From Candidatus Sumerlaeaceae bacterium (GTDB taxonomy: Bacteria; Sumerlaeota; Sumerlaeia; Sumerlaeales; Sumerlaeaceae), in assembly GCA_049968255.1 (NCBI GenBank), contig JBMFRB010000004.1, forward strand, positions 64,001 through 128,000: DNA of 64,000 bases, written 5' to 3'. Shown here piece by piece: positions 51,026-61,480 of this stretch (position 1 is the stretch's first letter; each line of letters opens with the position of its first letter). The notes beneath the pieces are model-generated. The model did not search any database and was not told the DNA's origin. It saw only the letters and a list, made by a program, of their open reading frames with translations. The translations under genes and the position numbers were made by a program.

Positions 51026-51066
51026 ATAAACCGATTCAATTTTTTCTTGAAACCGAGCGGATTTCA
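51026..51066. promoter_or_regulatory. candidate LacI-family operator(s)
   Basis: ATAAACCGATTCAA (AANCGNTT core) and TGAAACCGAGCGGATTTCA in the AT-rich divergent promoter. Confidence 0.4.
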
Positions 51067-51113
51067 CCCGATTTTCATTATCACGAATTTCAATAAATAA
51101 GGAGGAAATTGTC

Positions 51114-51815
51114 ATGAAGCGATTCACCTTGGTAGCGGGAATACTTGCTATGACGGCTGGTGTCGCGCTTGCCGGAACACCCACTATTGATGGCAGTTTT
51201 GATGGCGAAAGCGTGTGGGGCCCGGCCATTGCAACAAACTCGACTCCGGGGTTCTCTGATGCTGGAACCACGGCCACTGCTCTCTATGTCACTGATGACG
51301 CCAACTATGTTTACTTTGGGGCCTCGGTGACCGGACTGGGAACTTGGATGACCTATGGATTTGTGATCGATGCGCGCGCCGGCGGGACCAATAGCCAGGA
51401 CACGTGGAGCCGTCAAATACTCTATGCGTTTTCCTCGGCTACGGGTTTTGATGAGCCCGAATTCGACATTCGTGGCAAGGCGGACAATGAGTGGGCAGAA
51501 CGCCACGAGTGGGATGGTTCAAGTTGGCAGGGATTTGGGACAAACATTATCACAGCAGGTGATGCAGCTGCGTCCGATTCAAATGGTTTCATCGAGTGCC
51601 GCATCGCAAAGAGTGTCCTGAACATGCGCAGCTCAAAGCAAGGCCGTGTCGAGTTCTTCCTAACTGGCGACCACAACGAACACGGGCTTTTCACCTCTGT
51701 TCCGTACGATACGCCGTGCACCGCGTGGGACAACACCGGTAATCCGCAGTCACTGACAAATCCCGCATCGTCAGTCAGCTTGCCGGTGTCACTCAGCTCC
51801 TTCACGATCGAATAA
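51114..51815 (+). CDS. secreted DOMON/CBM9-like protein ending in LPVSLSSFTIE
   Basis: AAGGAGG RBS, signal peptide (..VALA), TIDG..W, LYVTDDANYVYFG, FIECRI. Confidence 0.75.
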   Translation: MKRFTLVAGILAMTAGVALAGTPTIDGSFDGESVWGPAIATNSTPGFSDAGTTATALYVTDDANYVYFGASVTGLGTWMTYGFVIDARAGGTNSQDTWSRQILYAFSSATGFDEPEFDIRGKADNEWAERHEWDGSSWQGFGTNIITAGDAAASDSNGFIECRIAKSVLNMRSSKQGRVEFFLTGDHNEHGLFTSVPYDTPCTAWDNTGNPQSLTNPASSVSLPVSLSSFTIE

Positions 51816-51875
51816 GCCTTGAACACTGAGGCACTTTCTCCCGGCGAGTGACAAAAGCAAGTGTTGACAGCAAAA

Positions 51876-51916
51876 CGGGTGGCAGCCGAGAAACGGAGCT
51901 GCCACCCGAGCTTTTT
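51876..51916 (+). terminator. intrinsic terminator or attenuating hairpin
   Basis: CGGGTGGCAGC/GCTGCCACCCG 11-bp stem then AGCTTTTT. Confidence 0.7.
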
Positions 51917-51934
51917 CAGGGGAGACCAACATAG

Positions 51935-52903
51935 ATGAGCACGCTTACTTTGCACAGTCAAGTGCGCCGCCAGCATCGCCCGCTCTGGCAGTATTACGAC
52001 GCCATTTGGGGCTACGTTTTCATCGTTCCTTTCCTTGTTGTTGCTGCTGTCTTTCTCATCTTCCCGATTGGATATTCCTTCTACCTCAGCTTCCGCGAAA
52101 CTTGGCTCTATTCCAGCTGGTTCGACCAGTTTGCCGACATGCGTTTTGTCGGTTTTCGTAACTATAGCGAGCTGCTAGCCAAACCTGAGTTCTGGTGGTC
52201 GCTTATTGCAACATTCATCTACGCCTTGCTAGCGATCCCCACCCAGATTGCAGCCTCACTTGCTCTCGCGCTTTTCCTCAATACCCGTTTGCCAGGCTAC
52301 CGAGCGCTGCGCTCTGCGTTCTTTCTGCCACACGTCTTCGACGTTTTCGTCGTGGGCATCATTTGGCTGCTTCTTTATAACCCCCAGATTGGTCCCTTTG
52401 CCGAGTTCTTCCGTTGGCTCGGAATCGACTGGTTTAAGAAGCACGGCTTCGTGGACAACCCTTACACCATTCTGCCTAGCATCGCATTTGCGATGGTGCT
52501 CAAAGGCATGGGGTTCGGCATGATTCTTTTCCTTACGGCGCTCAACAATATCCCTGAATCCATTTTCGAAGCCGCCGAGATTGACGGGGCCAACGCACGA
52601 CAAAAACTTTTCTACGTCACCATTCCGTTGCTCCGACCCATGATCCTCTTCATGTCGGTCACTGGCCTTGTTGGCGTCCTGAACGCTTTCGCTGAATTCT
52701 ACGCCATGACGAAGGCCACAGGCGGAGTCGCATTTCAGTTCTTCGGTGCCACAGTCCAGGCCGCTCGAGTTTCGGGATTTTATCTCTACCAACTCTTCGC
52801 CGATGCTTTTTACGGTCACGCCGCTGCCATGTCGTTCATTCTCCTGCTCATTGGCTTGGTCATTACGTGGGTAAATTTCCGTATCTTGGGAAAGGAGGCA
52901 TAG
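51935..52903 (+). CDS. carbohydrate ABC transporter permease 1
   Basis: [22 protein letters not shown]. Confidence 0.92.
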   Translation: MSTLTLHSQVRRQHRPLWQYYDAIWGYVFIVPFLVVAAVFLIFPIGYSFYLSFRETWLYSSWFDQFADMRFVGFRNYSELLAKPEFWWSLIATFIYALLAIPTQIAASLALALFLNTRLPGYRALRSAFFLPHVFDVFVVGIIWLLLYNPQIGPFAEFFRWLGIDWFKKHGFVDNPYTILPSIAFAMVLKGMGFGMILFLTALNNIPESIFEAAEIDGANARQKLFYVTIPLLRPMILFMSVTGLVGVLNAFAEFYAMTKATGGVAFQFFGATVQAARVSGFYLYQLFADAFYGHAAAMSFILLLIGLVITWVNFRILGKEA

Positions 52904-52907
52904 GGTC

Positions 52908-53795
52908 ATGTCGCTTCCGATCAGCTTATCATTTCCCGCCTCTGCCCAACAAGGCCCCCTGCCAAAACTTCGGCGTTACGTCTTTAGCTATGCCATCCTC
53001 TTTCCGCTTCTTTTCCTCGTCCACCTACCTCTGCTGTGGATGATCATCACTGCTTTCAAGGCTCCTGGCTACGGGACAAAACTTGAATTCATTCCCAAAC
53101 CTGACGAGCACATGTATACCCTGCAGAATTTCCGGCAGGTGTTTTTCGACAAAGACTTCCCCTTTTATCGTTTTGCATGGAACAGCTTCGTGGTGGCCAC
53201 GGGATGCGCGCTTGTCACGGTGGCCCTTTGCACGCTGGCCGGCTACGCATTCGCCAAAAAACGTTTCCCTGGCCGAGATCTCATTTTTGCTGGACTCATC
53301 ACGATCATGCTTGTCCCGGGCATCATTTTCATGGTGCCGCAGTACCGCCTTGTGCTCAAATTCGGGTGGATCAACACCCACGTGGGGATGATCCTGCCTC
53401 ATACCGCTAACATCTTCGGCCTTTTTCTGCTCCGCCAGCACATTCGGGGTCTTCCCGATAGCCTACTCGAAGCGGCTCGCGTCGATGGTGCTAGCGAAAT
53501 CAGCACCTTCTTCCGCATTGTGGTGCCACTTTCCGTGCCCGTCATGATCACGCTGTTCCTCCTTACGTTCGTTGGCCAATGGTCGAATTTCCTCTGGCAA
53601 CTCATCGTCAACACGCCCGACTCTCCACACCTTACGTTGCCCGTTGGCCTTTCCCTTTTCCAAGGGCAGTATCAAACCGAGTGGGAGAAGATGATGGCTG
53701 GAGCCTGCTTTAGCATCCTGCCGATTGCCATCCTCTTCACAGTTGCTCAGCGTTTCTTTATTCAGGGGCTGACGGCGGGGAGTGTAAAAGAATAA
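52908..53795 (+). CDS. carbohydrate ABC transporter permease 2
   Basis: [30 protein letters not shown]. Confidence 0.92.
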   Translation: MSLPISLSFPASAQQGPLPKLRRYVFSYAILFPLLFLVHLPLLWMIITAFKAPGYGTKLEFIPKPDEHMYTLQNFRQVFFDKDFPFYRFAWNSFVVATGCALVTVALCTLAGYAFAKKRFPGRDLIFAGLITIMLVPGIIFMVPQYRLVLKFGWINTHVGMILPHTANIFGLFLLRQHIRGLPDSLLEAARVDGASEISTFFRIVVPLSVPVMITLFLLTFVGQWSNFLWQLIVNTPDSPHLTLPVGLSLFQGQYQTEWEKMMAGACFSILPIAILFTVAQRFFIQGLTAGSVKE

Positions 53796-53796
53796 T

Positions 53797-55275
53797 ATGT
53801 TAGCAAAGTCAAAGATGCGGAGGAATGGTTTCGTGCTCCGTCGCCTAGACCGTTTTGCCGTGGCCACTATCATATTGGTCATAAGCTATGCCGCCGGGTG
53901 GGCCGAATCGGACACCGGCCGTCAGGTGAAATCGGTTCGCCTGACGTTGTGGCAGGGTTTTAAATTCAAAGAGGTCTCGCTGCTGCGCGAGAACATCAGC
54001 GAGTTTAAAACGAAGTGGAACGCAGCCCATCCCGAGCGTCCCCTCGAAATCACCGAATCGCAGGTGCCCTTCTTTGATATGGTTCAGAAACTGCGCTCCG
54101 CAGCGCTCGCTCGCCAAGTGCCGGACATCGCTTTCGTGGACGTCAACAACATGGTGCAGCTTATCTATGGCGGAGTGGCGCGTCCCCTCGAGGAACTCCC
54201 CAACTTTCCAGCAAAATCCATTGATGAGCTACGAGAAAAGTTCGTACCTGGCGCATTCGATAGCAATGTGGCCGTCTTCAAAGGCAAGCGCCACCTTTTT
54301 GGGATTCCCGCGCAGACCACGACCCTGGCTCTTTTCTATAACAAAAAGCGCTTCCGCGAAAAGGCTGCGGAACTGCGCGCCGCAGGGTGCGATCCGGATC
54401 GCCCGCCTCGCGATTGGAATGAATTTATTCGATATGGCAAAGTGCTCACCGAACCGCAAAAAGAACTCTACGGTTTCGGCATGAATGGCAGCTTTTGGTT
54501 TACGATGCCATTCTTCAATCAGTACGGAGCCGAGTTTATCCGACGCGATGAGAATGGCGAGTTGCGGCCAGCGATTCCTAGCCAGCACGCTCTTGCCGCC
54601 TTGGAACGCAAGGCCAACTTCTACCTGCGCGACGGCATCGAAGCTGGGGCTTGGCGCGATGGAGCCCTCGATCCTGACCAAGGATTCAAAAACAACCGTT
54701 ACGCGATGGTGCTTACCGGGCCGTGGATGATTGAAGATTTCCGCTCGGCTGGGCTTGATTTCGGAGTGGCCCTCATTCCGCACGTGCCACTAGACGAAGC
54801 CATGCGTTTGGGCCTTGTTCCGCCCGATGCCACAGAGAGTTCCCCCGAAGTTCAGAAACTGACCGCGGGCAATGTCGGCGGAATGAATGGAATCATTTCC
54901 TCCACATGCAAAGACCCGGACGTCGCACTCGAGTTTCTCCTGTTCTTTGCCAGCACACCCATCCAGCGCCGTTGGGCCGAAGAGATGGGCGAAATCCCCG
55001 TCGTTCTTGAAGCACAAAAAAATCTAAATCTGTCGCGTTTTCCCGAGGTTCCAACATTCATTCAGCAAATCAACACAGCCAAAGCTTTTCCAGCTATTCC
55101 GCTCGCCAACACATTTGAGCCGCAAATTTTTAACCCCGAATTCAGTCTAGTCTTGCAGCGGCGCACGACCCCACAGCAAGCACTCGAGCGCATTGCGCGG
55201 CTGCTCGATGAGCGAATCCTCAAACCAGTTAACGAAGCCGAGGCGATCGCACGAAAAGAGTTCGCCAGCAAGTAA
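53797..55275 (+). CDS. carbohydrate ABC transporter substrate-binding protein
   Basis: PDIAFVD, LFGIP, LFYNK, PP.DW.E, TGPW, GG. Confidence 0.88.
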   Translation: MLAKSKMRRNGFVLRRLDRFAVATIILVISYAAGWAESDTGRQVKSVRLTLWQGFKFKEVSLLRENISEFKTKWNAAHPERPLEITESQVPFFDMVQKLRSAALARQVPDIAFVDVNNMVQLIYGGVARPLEELPNFPAKSIDELREKFVPGAFDSNVAVFKGKRHLFGIPAQTTTLALFYNKKRFREKAAELRAAGCDPDRPPRDWNEFIRYGKVLTEPQKELYGFGMNGSFWFTMPFFNQYGAEFIRRDENGELRPAIPSQHALAALERKANFYLRDGIEAGAWRDGALDPDQGFKNNRYAMVLTGPWMIEDFRSAGLDFGVALIPHVPLDEAMRLGLVPPDATESSPEVQKLTAGNVGGMNGIISSTCKDPDVALEFLLFFASTPIQRRWAEEMGEIPVVLEAQKNLNLSRFPEVPTFIQQINTAKAFPAIPLANTFEPQIFNPEFSLVLQRRTTPQQALERIARLLDERILKPVNEAEAIARKEFASK

Positions 55276-55544
55276 AGCTTTCGTTTTGCCCGCGATGCCA
55301 GTTTCTTTTTTCTCGCATCCGCCATGCCTTCGCGTTTAAAGCATGAAGATGTGAGAAAGTCAGATCTTCGGAAAGGCCGACTCCATGCGCCGCGCGAGCA
55401 GTCTCAAGCACCGCCCGGCAGCGGAATGCAAGAGGAAGCGGAACAGTTGCTCTTCAGCGATCGTCCACTCTTGTGCCGTCGGGATCAAGGCCCGTCCCTA
55501 CCGGACGATAAACAATCTTGCGAAAAAGTAGAGGAGCATTTTGA

Positions 55545-56159
55545 GTGAAGAAGTCCACAAACGAAGCCAAATGCAAGCGTATCGCCGAGGTTCGCCGCGA
55601 AACTAAGGAAACGCAACTTGTGGTGCACATCAATCTCGACGGAAAAGGCAAATTCACGGGCTCGGTGGGCGTTCCCTTCTTCGAGCACATGCTCGAGCTC
55701 TTTGCGCGCCATGCATTGCTAGACCTTGAAATTCAAGGCCGGGGGGATCTGCACGTTGACGCCCACCATACGGTTGAAGATGTCGGCATTGTTCTCGGGC
55801 AGGCAGTGCGCCAGGCTCTTGGTGAGCGAGCTGGCATCGAGCGCTATGGCGAGGCCTATGTGCCCATGGAAGAAAGCCTTGTGCGCTGTGCGCTCGATCT
55901 GTGCAATCGCCCCTATCTCCGCTATCATGTTCCTGTGCCGAAGGCTAAGGTGGGTGAATTTGATGTCGAGTTAGCCGAGGAGTTTTTCCGCGCGTTTGCC
56001 TTCAATGCCGGCATCACAATGCACGTCGAGCTGTTTTACGGGGCAAATCTGCATCATATCCTTGAGGCCACATTCAAAGCGGTTGGGCGTGCCTTAGGTA
56101 AAGCTGTCCGCTTCGACCCCCGTATCGAGGGTGTGCTTTCAACAAAGGGAAAGCTCTGA
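55545..56159 (+). CDS. hisB: imidazoleglycerol-phosphate dehydratase
   Basis: RETKET, FFEHML, DAHHTVED, NLHHILE, STKG. Confidence 0.96.
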   Translation: MKKSTNEAKCKRIAEVRRETKETQLVVHINLDGKGKFTGSVGVPFFEHMLELFARHALLDLEIQGRGDLHVDAHHTVEDVGIVLGQAVRQALGERAGIERYGEAYVPMEESLVRCALDLCNRPYLRYHVPVPKAKVGEFDVELAEEFFRAFAFNAGITMHVELFYGANLHHILEATFKAVGRALGKAVRFDPRIEGVLSTKGKL

Positions 56160-56176
56160 CGAGGTAAAGCGCCATC

Positions 56177-56587
56177 ATGACATACAAAAAGGGCAAGCAG
56201 CAATTTACAAAAGACGAAATCATCGAGATTCTGCGTCGCAACGTGAATCTCTTCAAGGACGAGGACGAGTTCGTAGACTATATCGTGGAGCTGGCCCTTT
56301 ACCTCGTCGAGCATCGAATGCAGACACAGACAGAAGCCGCGGAGTCGCCCACCACTCAGAAGAAAATGAGCCCTGATGAAGAGCAAGTCTTCGAAAAGCG
56401 CCAAGAACCGTTCCGACGCAGCTTAGCGTGGCGGAGCGACGCTGATGTTCACGATTTGCTGCAGCGCCACGTCAAGGAGGCCCCGCTCGAATCAGTTCCA
56501 GAGACCGAGTTGACGATGTGTCGCGTCTGCGGGGCTACGGTGTCGAAAACTGCCAAACTATGCCCCATATGCGGTAGCATGATCTGA
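56177..56587 (+). CDS. hypothetical protein with C-terminal zinc ribbon
   Basis: GAGG RBS; CRVCG-x9-CPICG. Confidence 0.7.
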   Translation: MTYKKGKQQFTKDEIIEILRRNVNLFKDEDEFVDYIVELALYLVEHRMQTQTEAAESPTTQKKMSPDEEQVFEKRQEPFRRSLAWRSDADVHDLLQRHVKEAPLESVPETELTMCRVCGATVSKTAKLCPICGSMI

Positions 56588-56630
56588 GGCCAGGCTATCC
56601 TGTCGAAACGCGGTACATGCCAGCTACGGT

Positions 56631-58019
56631 CTATCGCCTTAGCAACCGGCGATAGTTTCTCTCAAGCGTCTTGCGCATGCGCGCTACATTCTCTGCCGCG
56701 GCTTGGTCAAGAGCCTCGCGGTGGCGTCGCGACAATTTGAAAAGAGTCGGGATGCTCTGCAAAAATTCGTCCATACCTGGCTCGTAGCCCTCCATACGGA
56801 TGAATACACCTTGGAAAGCTTCGGGGTCGTGGATATCTTTCAAAGCGCTTCCGTAGAAAGCAAGCGGACGCAGTGTTCCAATGTCGTAGAGTTTTCTGAT
56901 CACAGAGAACGGATCCCAGATCTTGTGTCCTGTCACGCGCACGGTTTCCATGCGCTGCGACCCGTCAATGACAATGAGAAAAACAGGCTGACTGCGAGGG
57001 AGGGTGCGCACGAGGCTTAGCAATGGATCAATGCCTTGGTTTTCATAAACGCCACCATCTGCAACATACAAATACTTCGACTCTTTCAGTGCTTCGTCTG
57101 TGCGGTCGCGCCGCGGCTCGGGAATGCTCTCCGGATAAATATTTAGCCGCAGAGGCGCGAGCGCGATCGGATATGCCGCACTGGCAGCCACGGCGCGTGC
57201 CACGCGAAAAGAGCCAATGTCGCTTCCGATGTCTTCAAACGTGAGTGGTTGCACCAGACGCCGGAGAATGGCCTGGTCCGTAAGCGAAAGCGCCACACGG
57301 GGTCCCACAAGCGGCAACAGCGACGGAAAACGTTCCGCCGGCAAGTTCGTCATGACAAACCTTTGCCCTGAGTTCAATGCGGTGCCATTGAGGATCAGAA
57401 TAGGGGCAGGATCATTTGGATCGGACTCTAATCGTCGCAGATCATCAAAAGTCACAGGCCCCGCCCCCAGCAAATGTTCCATTTCGTTGGCGAGAAGATC
57501 CGTTCTGGTAATTGGCGTAGCAAAAAGTTCCAAGGCAAGTGGGGGAAAAACAACCATGTGGCCGTATGTGCGCCACTGGAGATTCGTTGCCATCGCAACT
57601 TTGAACCGGGGAAAGAAATCAGGATCGTGTCGCTCGTGGTAATGCAACGTAAACCATGCAGCAGCCAGGCTGCCGGCGGAAATTCCTGAGATGACACGCA
57701 CCTCGTCCAAGATACTTCCGTGACCTGATGGCGAGGGAATCTTCGAGAGTTGCTCCATCGCGCATGCAGCATAATAGGCAGCGCGGCTGCCTCCCCCGCT
57801 AATGGACAAGAGCACAAGAGGCCCATTTCGTTGCACAGGATGCAGAGGAAGGTCCACGCGCTCGCGTCCAGGTTGCAGCGGTGCGTTCGCCTCGCGACGT
57901 GCAACCATGCGCGAAGCTTCCGAGACGGGAGAATAACGTGGCTCACCTGCTACGGCAATGATAGCGGAGAGGGTGAGAACTAAACCGCAAAGAACAGCCC
58001 TAAATCGATAGAATTTCAC
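56631..58019 (-). CDS. exported patatin-like phospholipase
   Basis: SGGGSRAA, GISAG, ASAAYP, DGG; start reassigned to GTG 58019 before a signal peptide. Confidence 0.85.
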   Translation of the reverse strand: MKFYRFRAVLCGLVLTLSAIIAVAGEPRYSPVSEASRMVARREANAPLQPGRERVDLPLHPVQRNGPLVLLSISGGGSRAAYYAACAMEQLSKIPSPSGHGSILDEVRVISGISAGSLAAAWFTLHYHERHDPDFFPRFKVAMATNLQWRTYGHMVVFPPLALELFATPITRTDLLANEMEHLLGAGPVTFDDLRRLESDPNDPAPILILNGTALNSGQRFVMTNLPAERFPSLLPLVGPRVALSLTDQAILRRLVQPLTFEDIGSDIGSFRVARAVAASAAYPIALAPLRLNIYPESIPEPRRDRTDEALKESKYLYVADGGVYENQGIDPLLSLVRTLPRSQPVFLIVIDGSQRMETVRVTGHKIWDPFSVIRKLYDIGTLRPLAFYGSALKDIHDPEAFQGVFIRMEGYEPGMDEFLQSIPTLFKLSRRHREALDQAAAENVARMRKTLERNYRRLLRR

Positions 58020-58124
58020 GCAGGAAAGAAAACACACGTTAGCTTGTTTGTTCACACTAAACTCTATCGCGGCAAGTCGTTCGTGTGTCAATGCCACAGA
58101 AGAACCTAACCAAGGAGCGAATCC

Positions 58125-58952
58125 GTGGAACTTGAATTTTGGAAAATGAGTGGAGCAGGGAACGACTTTATTGTCATCGATAACCGTGATGGGCAATTGC
58201 CCGAGCAAGGGCGCAAGCAGCTCTTCAGCCAGTGGTGTCGCCGTGGAATCTCTGTGGGCGCCGACGGCGTGCTGCTAGTGGAACCATCCACACGTGCCCA
58301 TTTTCGCATGCGCTACTATAATGCCGATGGGCGCGAGGCCGAAACGTGCGGAAACGGTAGCCGTTGTATCGCGCGCTTTGCCTTTTTGCGTGGCATTGCG
58401 GGTCCTGACATGCGCTTTGAAACGCTGGCTGGCATTTACGAAGCGCAAGTCCGTGGCGAATCTGTGGCCGTGCGCATGAGCGATGCTCATAGCCTCCGCC
58501 TCGCGATTCCCGTAAGCGGTGAGCTTTTTTCCGGTGAAGTGCATTTCATCAACACCGGCGTCCCTCACGTTGTGCTTTTCACTAACGATCTTGCTCATGT
58601 GCCGGTTGCTCAAATTGGCCAGTGGCTGCGCTATCATGAGCTCTTTGCTCCGGCCGGGACCAACGTGAATTTCATTACCATCAAGGGGCCGAATGCTCTT
58701 TCGGTCCGCACTTACGAGCGAGGTGTTGAAGCCGAAACCCTTGCCTGTGGAACGGGGTCTATCGCGAGCGCCATTGTGGCTGCCCACTTGGGGAAAGTCA
58801 CCCCTCCTGTCGCCGTGGAAACGCGCAGTGGCGATGTGCTAAACATTGATTTTGAGCTCACGCCGCTCGGGGCCAAGCACGTTCTTCTCGAGGGCCCTGC
58901 CCGAGTTGTTTTTCGCGGCTACATCGAATTGCCTCCCAAGCGCTGCATCTGA
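58125..58952 (+). CDS. dapF: diaminopimelate epimerase
   Basis: GAGNDF, GADG, CGNG, GVPH, ERG, ACGTG. Confidence 0.96.
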   Translation: MELEFWKMSGAGNDFIVIDNRDGQLPEQGRKQLFSQWCRRGISVGADGVLLVEPSTRAHFRMRYYNADGREAETCGNGSRCIARFAFLRGIAGPDMRFETLAGIYEAQVRGESVAVRMSDAHSLRLAIPVSGELFSGEVHFINTGVPHVVLFTNDLAHVPVAQIGQWLRYHELFAPAGTNVNFITIKGPNALSVRTYERGVEAETLACGTGSIASAIVAAHLGKVTPPVAVETRSGDVLNIDFELTPLGAKHVLLEGPARVVFRGYIELPPKRCI

Positions 58953-58975
58953 CTACCGTCAAGCCGCTGCTCAGA

Positions 58976-59785
58976 TCACCCGCGAAGCGCATGGGCAAAA
59001 GCGCTCAGCTCGGCCAGTTCCACGCGGGGGAGAAGGCGTTCCCATTGTCGCGCCACAGCATCAGTCCATACGAGGCGTTTTGCGCGGATTTCCTCGCACA
59101 GTCGTTCAAACGTTGTGCTCCGTCGCACCGATGTGAGGAAGAGATCGTTCGATACAAATGAGCGCCGATGGATGCTTGTCAGCCCGAGACGCTCGATTGC
59201 TTCATAATGTTGTCGCGTAGGATAGCCCTTATGCCGGGCGAAACCGTAGCCGGGGTATTCTTCCTCGTATCGGAGCATGAGCCGATCGCGTTCCACCTTG
59301 GCCACGATTGATGCAGCCGCAATCGCATGACTTCGTGCGTCGCCTTTGATCAACGAGCGTTGCTCATGAGCACACGTGTCGAGCTTTACGGCATCAATGA
59401 GGGTCATTTCCGGTTTCACCGATAATCGAGAAAGCGCTCGAACCATTGCCAGTTTGCTTGCCTCAAGAATGTTGAGTTCGTCAATTTCCGCCGGGTCAGC
59501 CCAGCCAACTCCCACGGCAAGTGTCCTGACCAAAATTTCCTCATACAGCCGTTCTCTTCGCTGTGGCGTGAGCTTTTTTGAATCGTTGATGCCGGGTACG
59601 AAGCAGCCTGGTGGAAACACCACTGCAGCGGCGGTCACAGGTCCGGCGAGTGGACCACGCCCCGCTTCGTCAACACCCGCGAGGAGCGTGACTCCCTCCT
59701 CATAAAACTGACGGTCTATAAGCGTGAGGTCCCTAAATTCTTCAAGCCGGTGTTCCCGATGAATATGCTGTTGTCGCCACTTCAT
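58976..59785 (-). CDS. rnhB: ribonuclease HII
   Basis: GVDEAGRGPLAGPV, DSKKL, KGD, AASIVAKV.RD, HKGY, HRRSF; start 59785 or 59833. Confidence 0.95.
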   Translation of the reverse strand: MKWRQQHIHREHRLEEFRDLTLIDRQFYEEGVTLLAGVDEAGRGPLAGPVTAAAVVFPPGCFVPGINDSKKLTPQRRERLYEEILVRTLAVGVGWADPAEIDELNILEASKLAMVRALSRLSVKPEMTLIDAVKLDTCAHEQRSLIKGDARSHAIAAASIVAKVERDRLMLRYEEEYPGYGFARHKGYPTRQHYEAIERLGLTSIHRRSFVSNDLFLTSVRRSTTFERLCEEIRAKRLVWTDAVARQWERLLPRVELAELSAFAHALRG

Positions 59786-59915
59786 CAAATTATCGACGCC
59801 CCTTTCTGCTTTCTGGCTACCAGCAGAACCCACGGCTTTTTCTGTGGCAACAGTCGAGCCATACTGGTAATTGGTAAGGCTAATTCAGCCAGATTGAAGA
59901 ACAGGCTAGGGAAAG

Positions 59916-61385
59916 ATGGCAAGCGAACGAAAGAACAGTCGCATGCGGCACCGAACTTACGGAACTATTCTCTTGGGAGCAGTTCTTTCAGCACTTGCCT
60001 GCGTCTACGTCTTCGCTTCCGCCGAGACCAGCACCACCCAGACCAGCCGTAATCATGATCGAGGGAAAATCCTACTAGTCCAGCTTGAGGACGAAATCAT
60101 CAATCCTGTCACAAGTCGATTCTTGTGCGAGGCGATGGACAAGGCGGAGGAACTCGACGTGCCGCTTATCATCGAGCTCGACACACCTGGCGGACTTCTT
60201 CAGTCCACGCGGGAAATTGTCAAACGCCAACTCACGGCCAAAATCCCCGTCATTGTGTTTGTAGCGCCCCATGGATCTCGCGCTGCAAGCGCCGGCGTAT
60301 TTATCACGCTGGCCGCTCACATTGCGGCCATGGCGCCGGGCACCAACATTGGGGCTGCGCACGTCGTTGATCTCGCAGGCAAGTGGCCAGTCCGCGATTC
60401 TGCGCTCGATCCAACATCTACGGACACTTTGCTTCGCAAGCCCCGCATGCCTCTGGATGCCCAAGAAGTCATGAGCGAAAAAGTCATGAACGACACACTG
60501 GCCTGGGTGGAGGCCATTGCGAAAATGCGAGGACGCAATGCAGCCTGGGCGCGTGATGCCGTCGAAAAAAGTGTGTCGGTCACAGCGGCCCAAGCGGCCG
60601 AGCTTGGCGTTGTAGACCTTATTGCCAACGATTTGGACGATTTGCTGACAAAACTCGACGGCCGCCAGATCGCTGTGGATTCGCGCACCGTGACCCTGCA
60701 GACTAAGGCAGCGATCGTCCAGACGTTGCACTTTTCCGCCAGCCAACGGATTTTGAACATTCTTGCCAATCCCAACATCGCCCTTCTTTTGCTCATGTTT
60801 GGCCTTGTTCTGCTTGGCTACGAGCTTACTCATCCTGGTATGTGGATCCCTGGTATTACGGGTCTTATTTGTCTGCTTTTGGCCGCGCTCGCGCTCAAAA
60901 TGCTACCCACAAACTATGCGGCGCTCGCGCTCATTTTGCTGGGGATCACTTTGCTCCTTGCTGAAATCAAATTTACGAGTTATGGGCTGCTCACGCTCGG
61001 CGGTGTGGTTTGCCTTTTCTTCGGCGCACTAGCTCTTTTCGACCAGCCCAAGCCGTTTTTCGGGGTTACAATGACCTACCTCATTCCCATCGTCGCCACT
61101 GTGACGCTGCTGCTCATGCTTCTCGTGTTTTTGGTCACACGGGCGCAGCTTCACCGACCACAGTTCGGGCTCGAAAGTTTTATCGGGAAAACCGCAGAGG
61201 TTGTGCGTCCTCTCGAACCTGCCGGCAAAGTGTTTTTCAATGGCACGTATTGGGACGCCGAGCTCAAATCGGGCCAAGGCACAACCGCTTCGCACGTCAG
61301 GATCGTCGCCGTTGAAGGGATGAAGCTCATCGTCGAGCCTATCGAGGCAGACGAAAAAGAGAACCCGAGTTCCTCGCACACCTGA
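59916..61385 (+). CDS. nfeD: long-form NfeD (ClpP-like protease, TM region, OB fold)
   Basis: LDTPGG, RAASAG, MAPGTNIGAA, EKVMND, GKVFFNG.YW. Confidence 0.9.
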   Translation: MASERKNSRMRHRTYGTILLGAVLSALACVYVFASAETSTTQTSRNHDRGKILLVQLEDEIINPVTSRFLCEAMDKAEELDVPLIIELDTPGGLLQSTREIVKRQLTAKIPVIVFVAPHGSRAASAGVFITLAAHIAAMAPGTNIGAAHVVDLAGKWPVRDSALDPTSTDTLLRKPRMPLDAQEVMSEKVMNDTLAWVEAIAKMRGRNAAWARDAVEKSVSVTAAQAAELGVVDLIANDLDDLLTKLDGRQIAVDSRTVTLQTKAAIVQTLHFSASQRILNILANPNIALLLLMFGLVLLGYELTHPGMWIPGITGLICLLLAALALKMLPTNYAALALILLGITLLLAEIKFTSYGLLTLGGVVCLFFGALALFDQPKPFFGVTMTYLIPIVATVTLLLMLLVFLVTRAQLHRPQFGLESFIGKTAEVVRPLEPAGKVFFNGTYWDAELKSGQGTTASHVRIVAVEGMKLIVEPIEADEKENPSSSHT

Positions 61386-61480
61386 CGAGCGAGCTTCTCG
61401 GGTATCGTGGAGCCGCGTCAGCGGCTCTCATCGAGAGCCCGCGCCACAGCTGAAGAGAAGATTGCAACCTCCTGTAGGCG

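Noticed and set aside
58020-58208. Patatin ORF extension overlapping dapF
   Set aside because: Antisense to the dapF start; a signal peptide begins at GTG 58019
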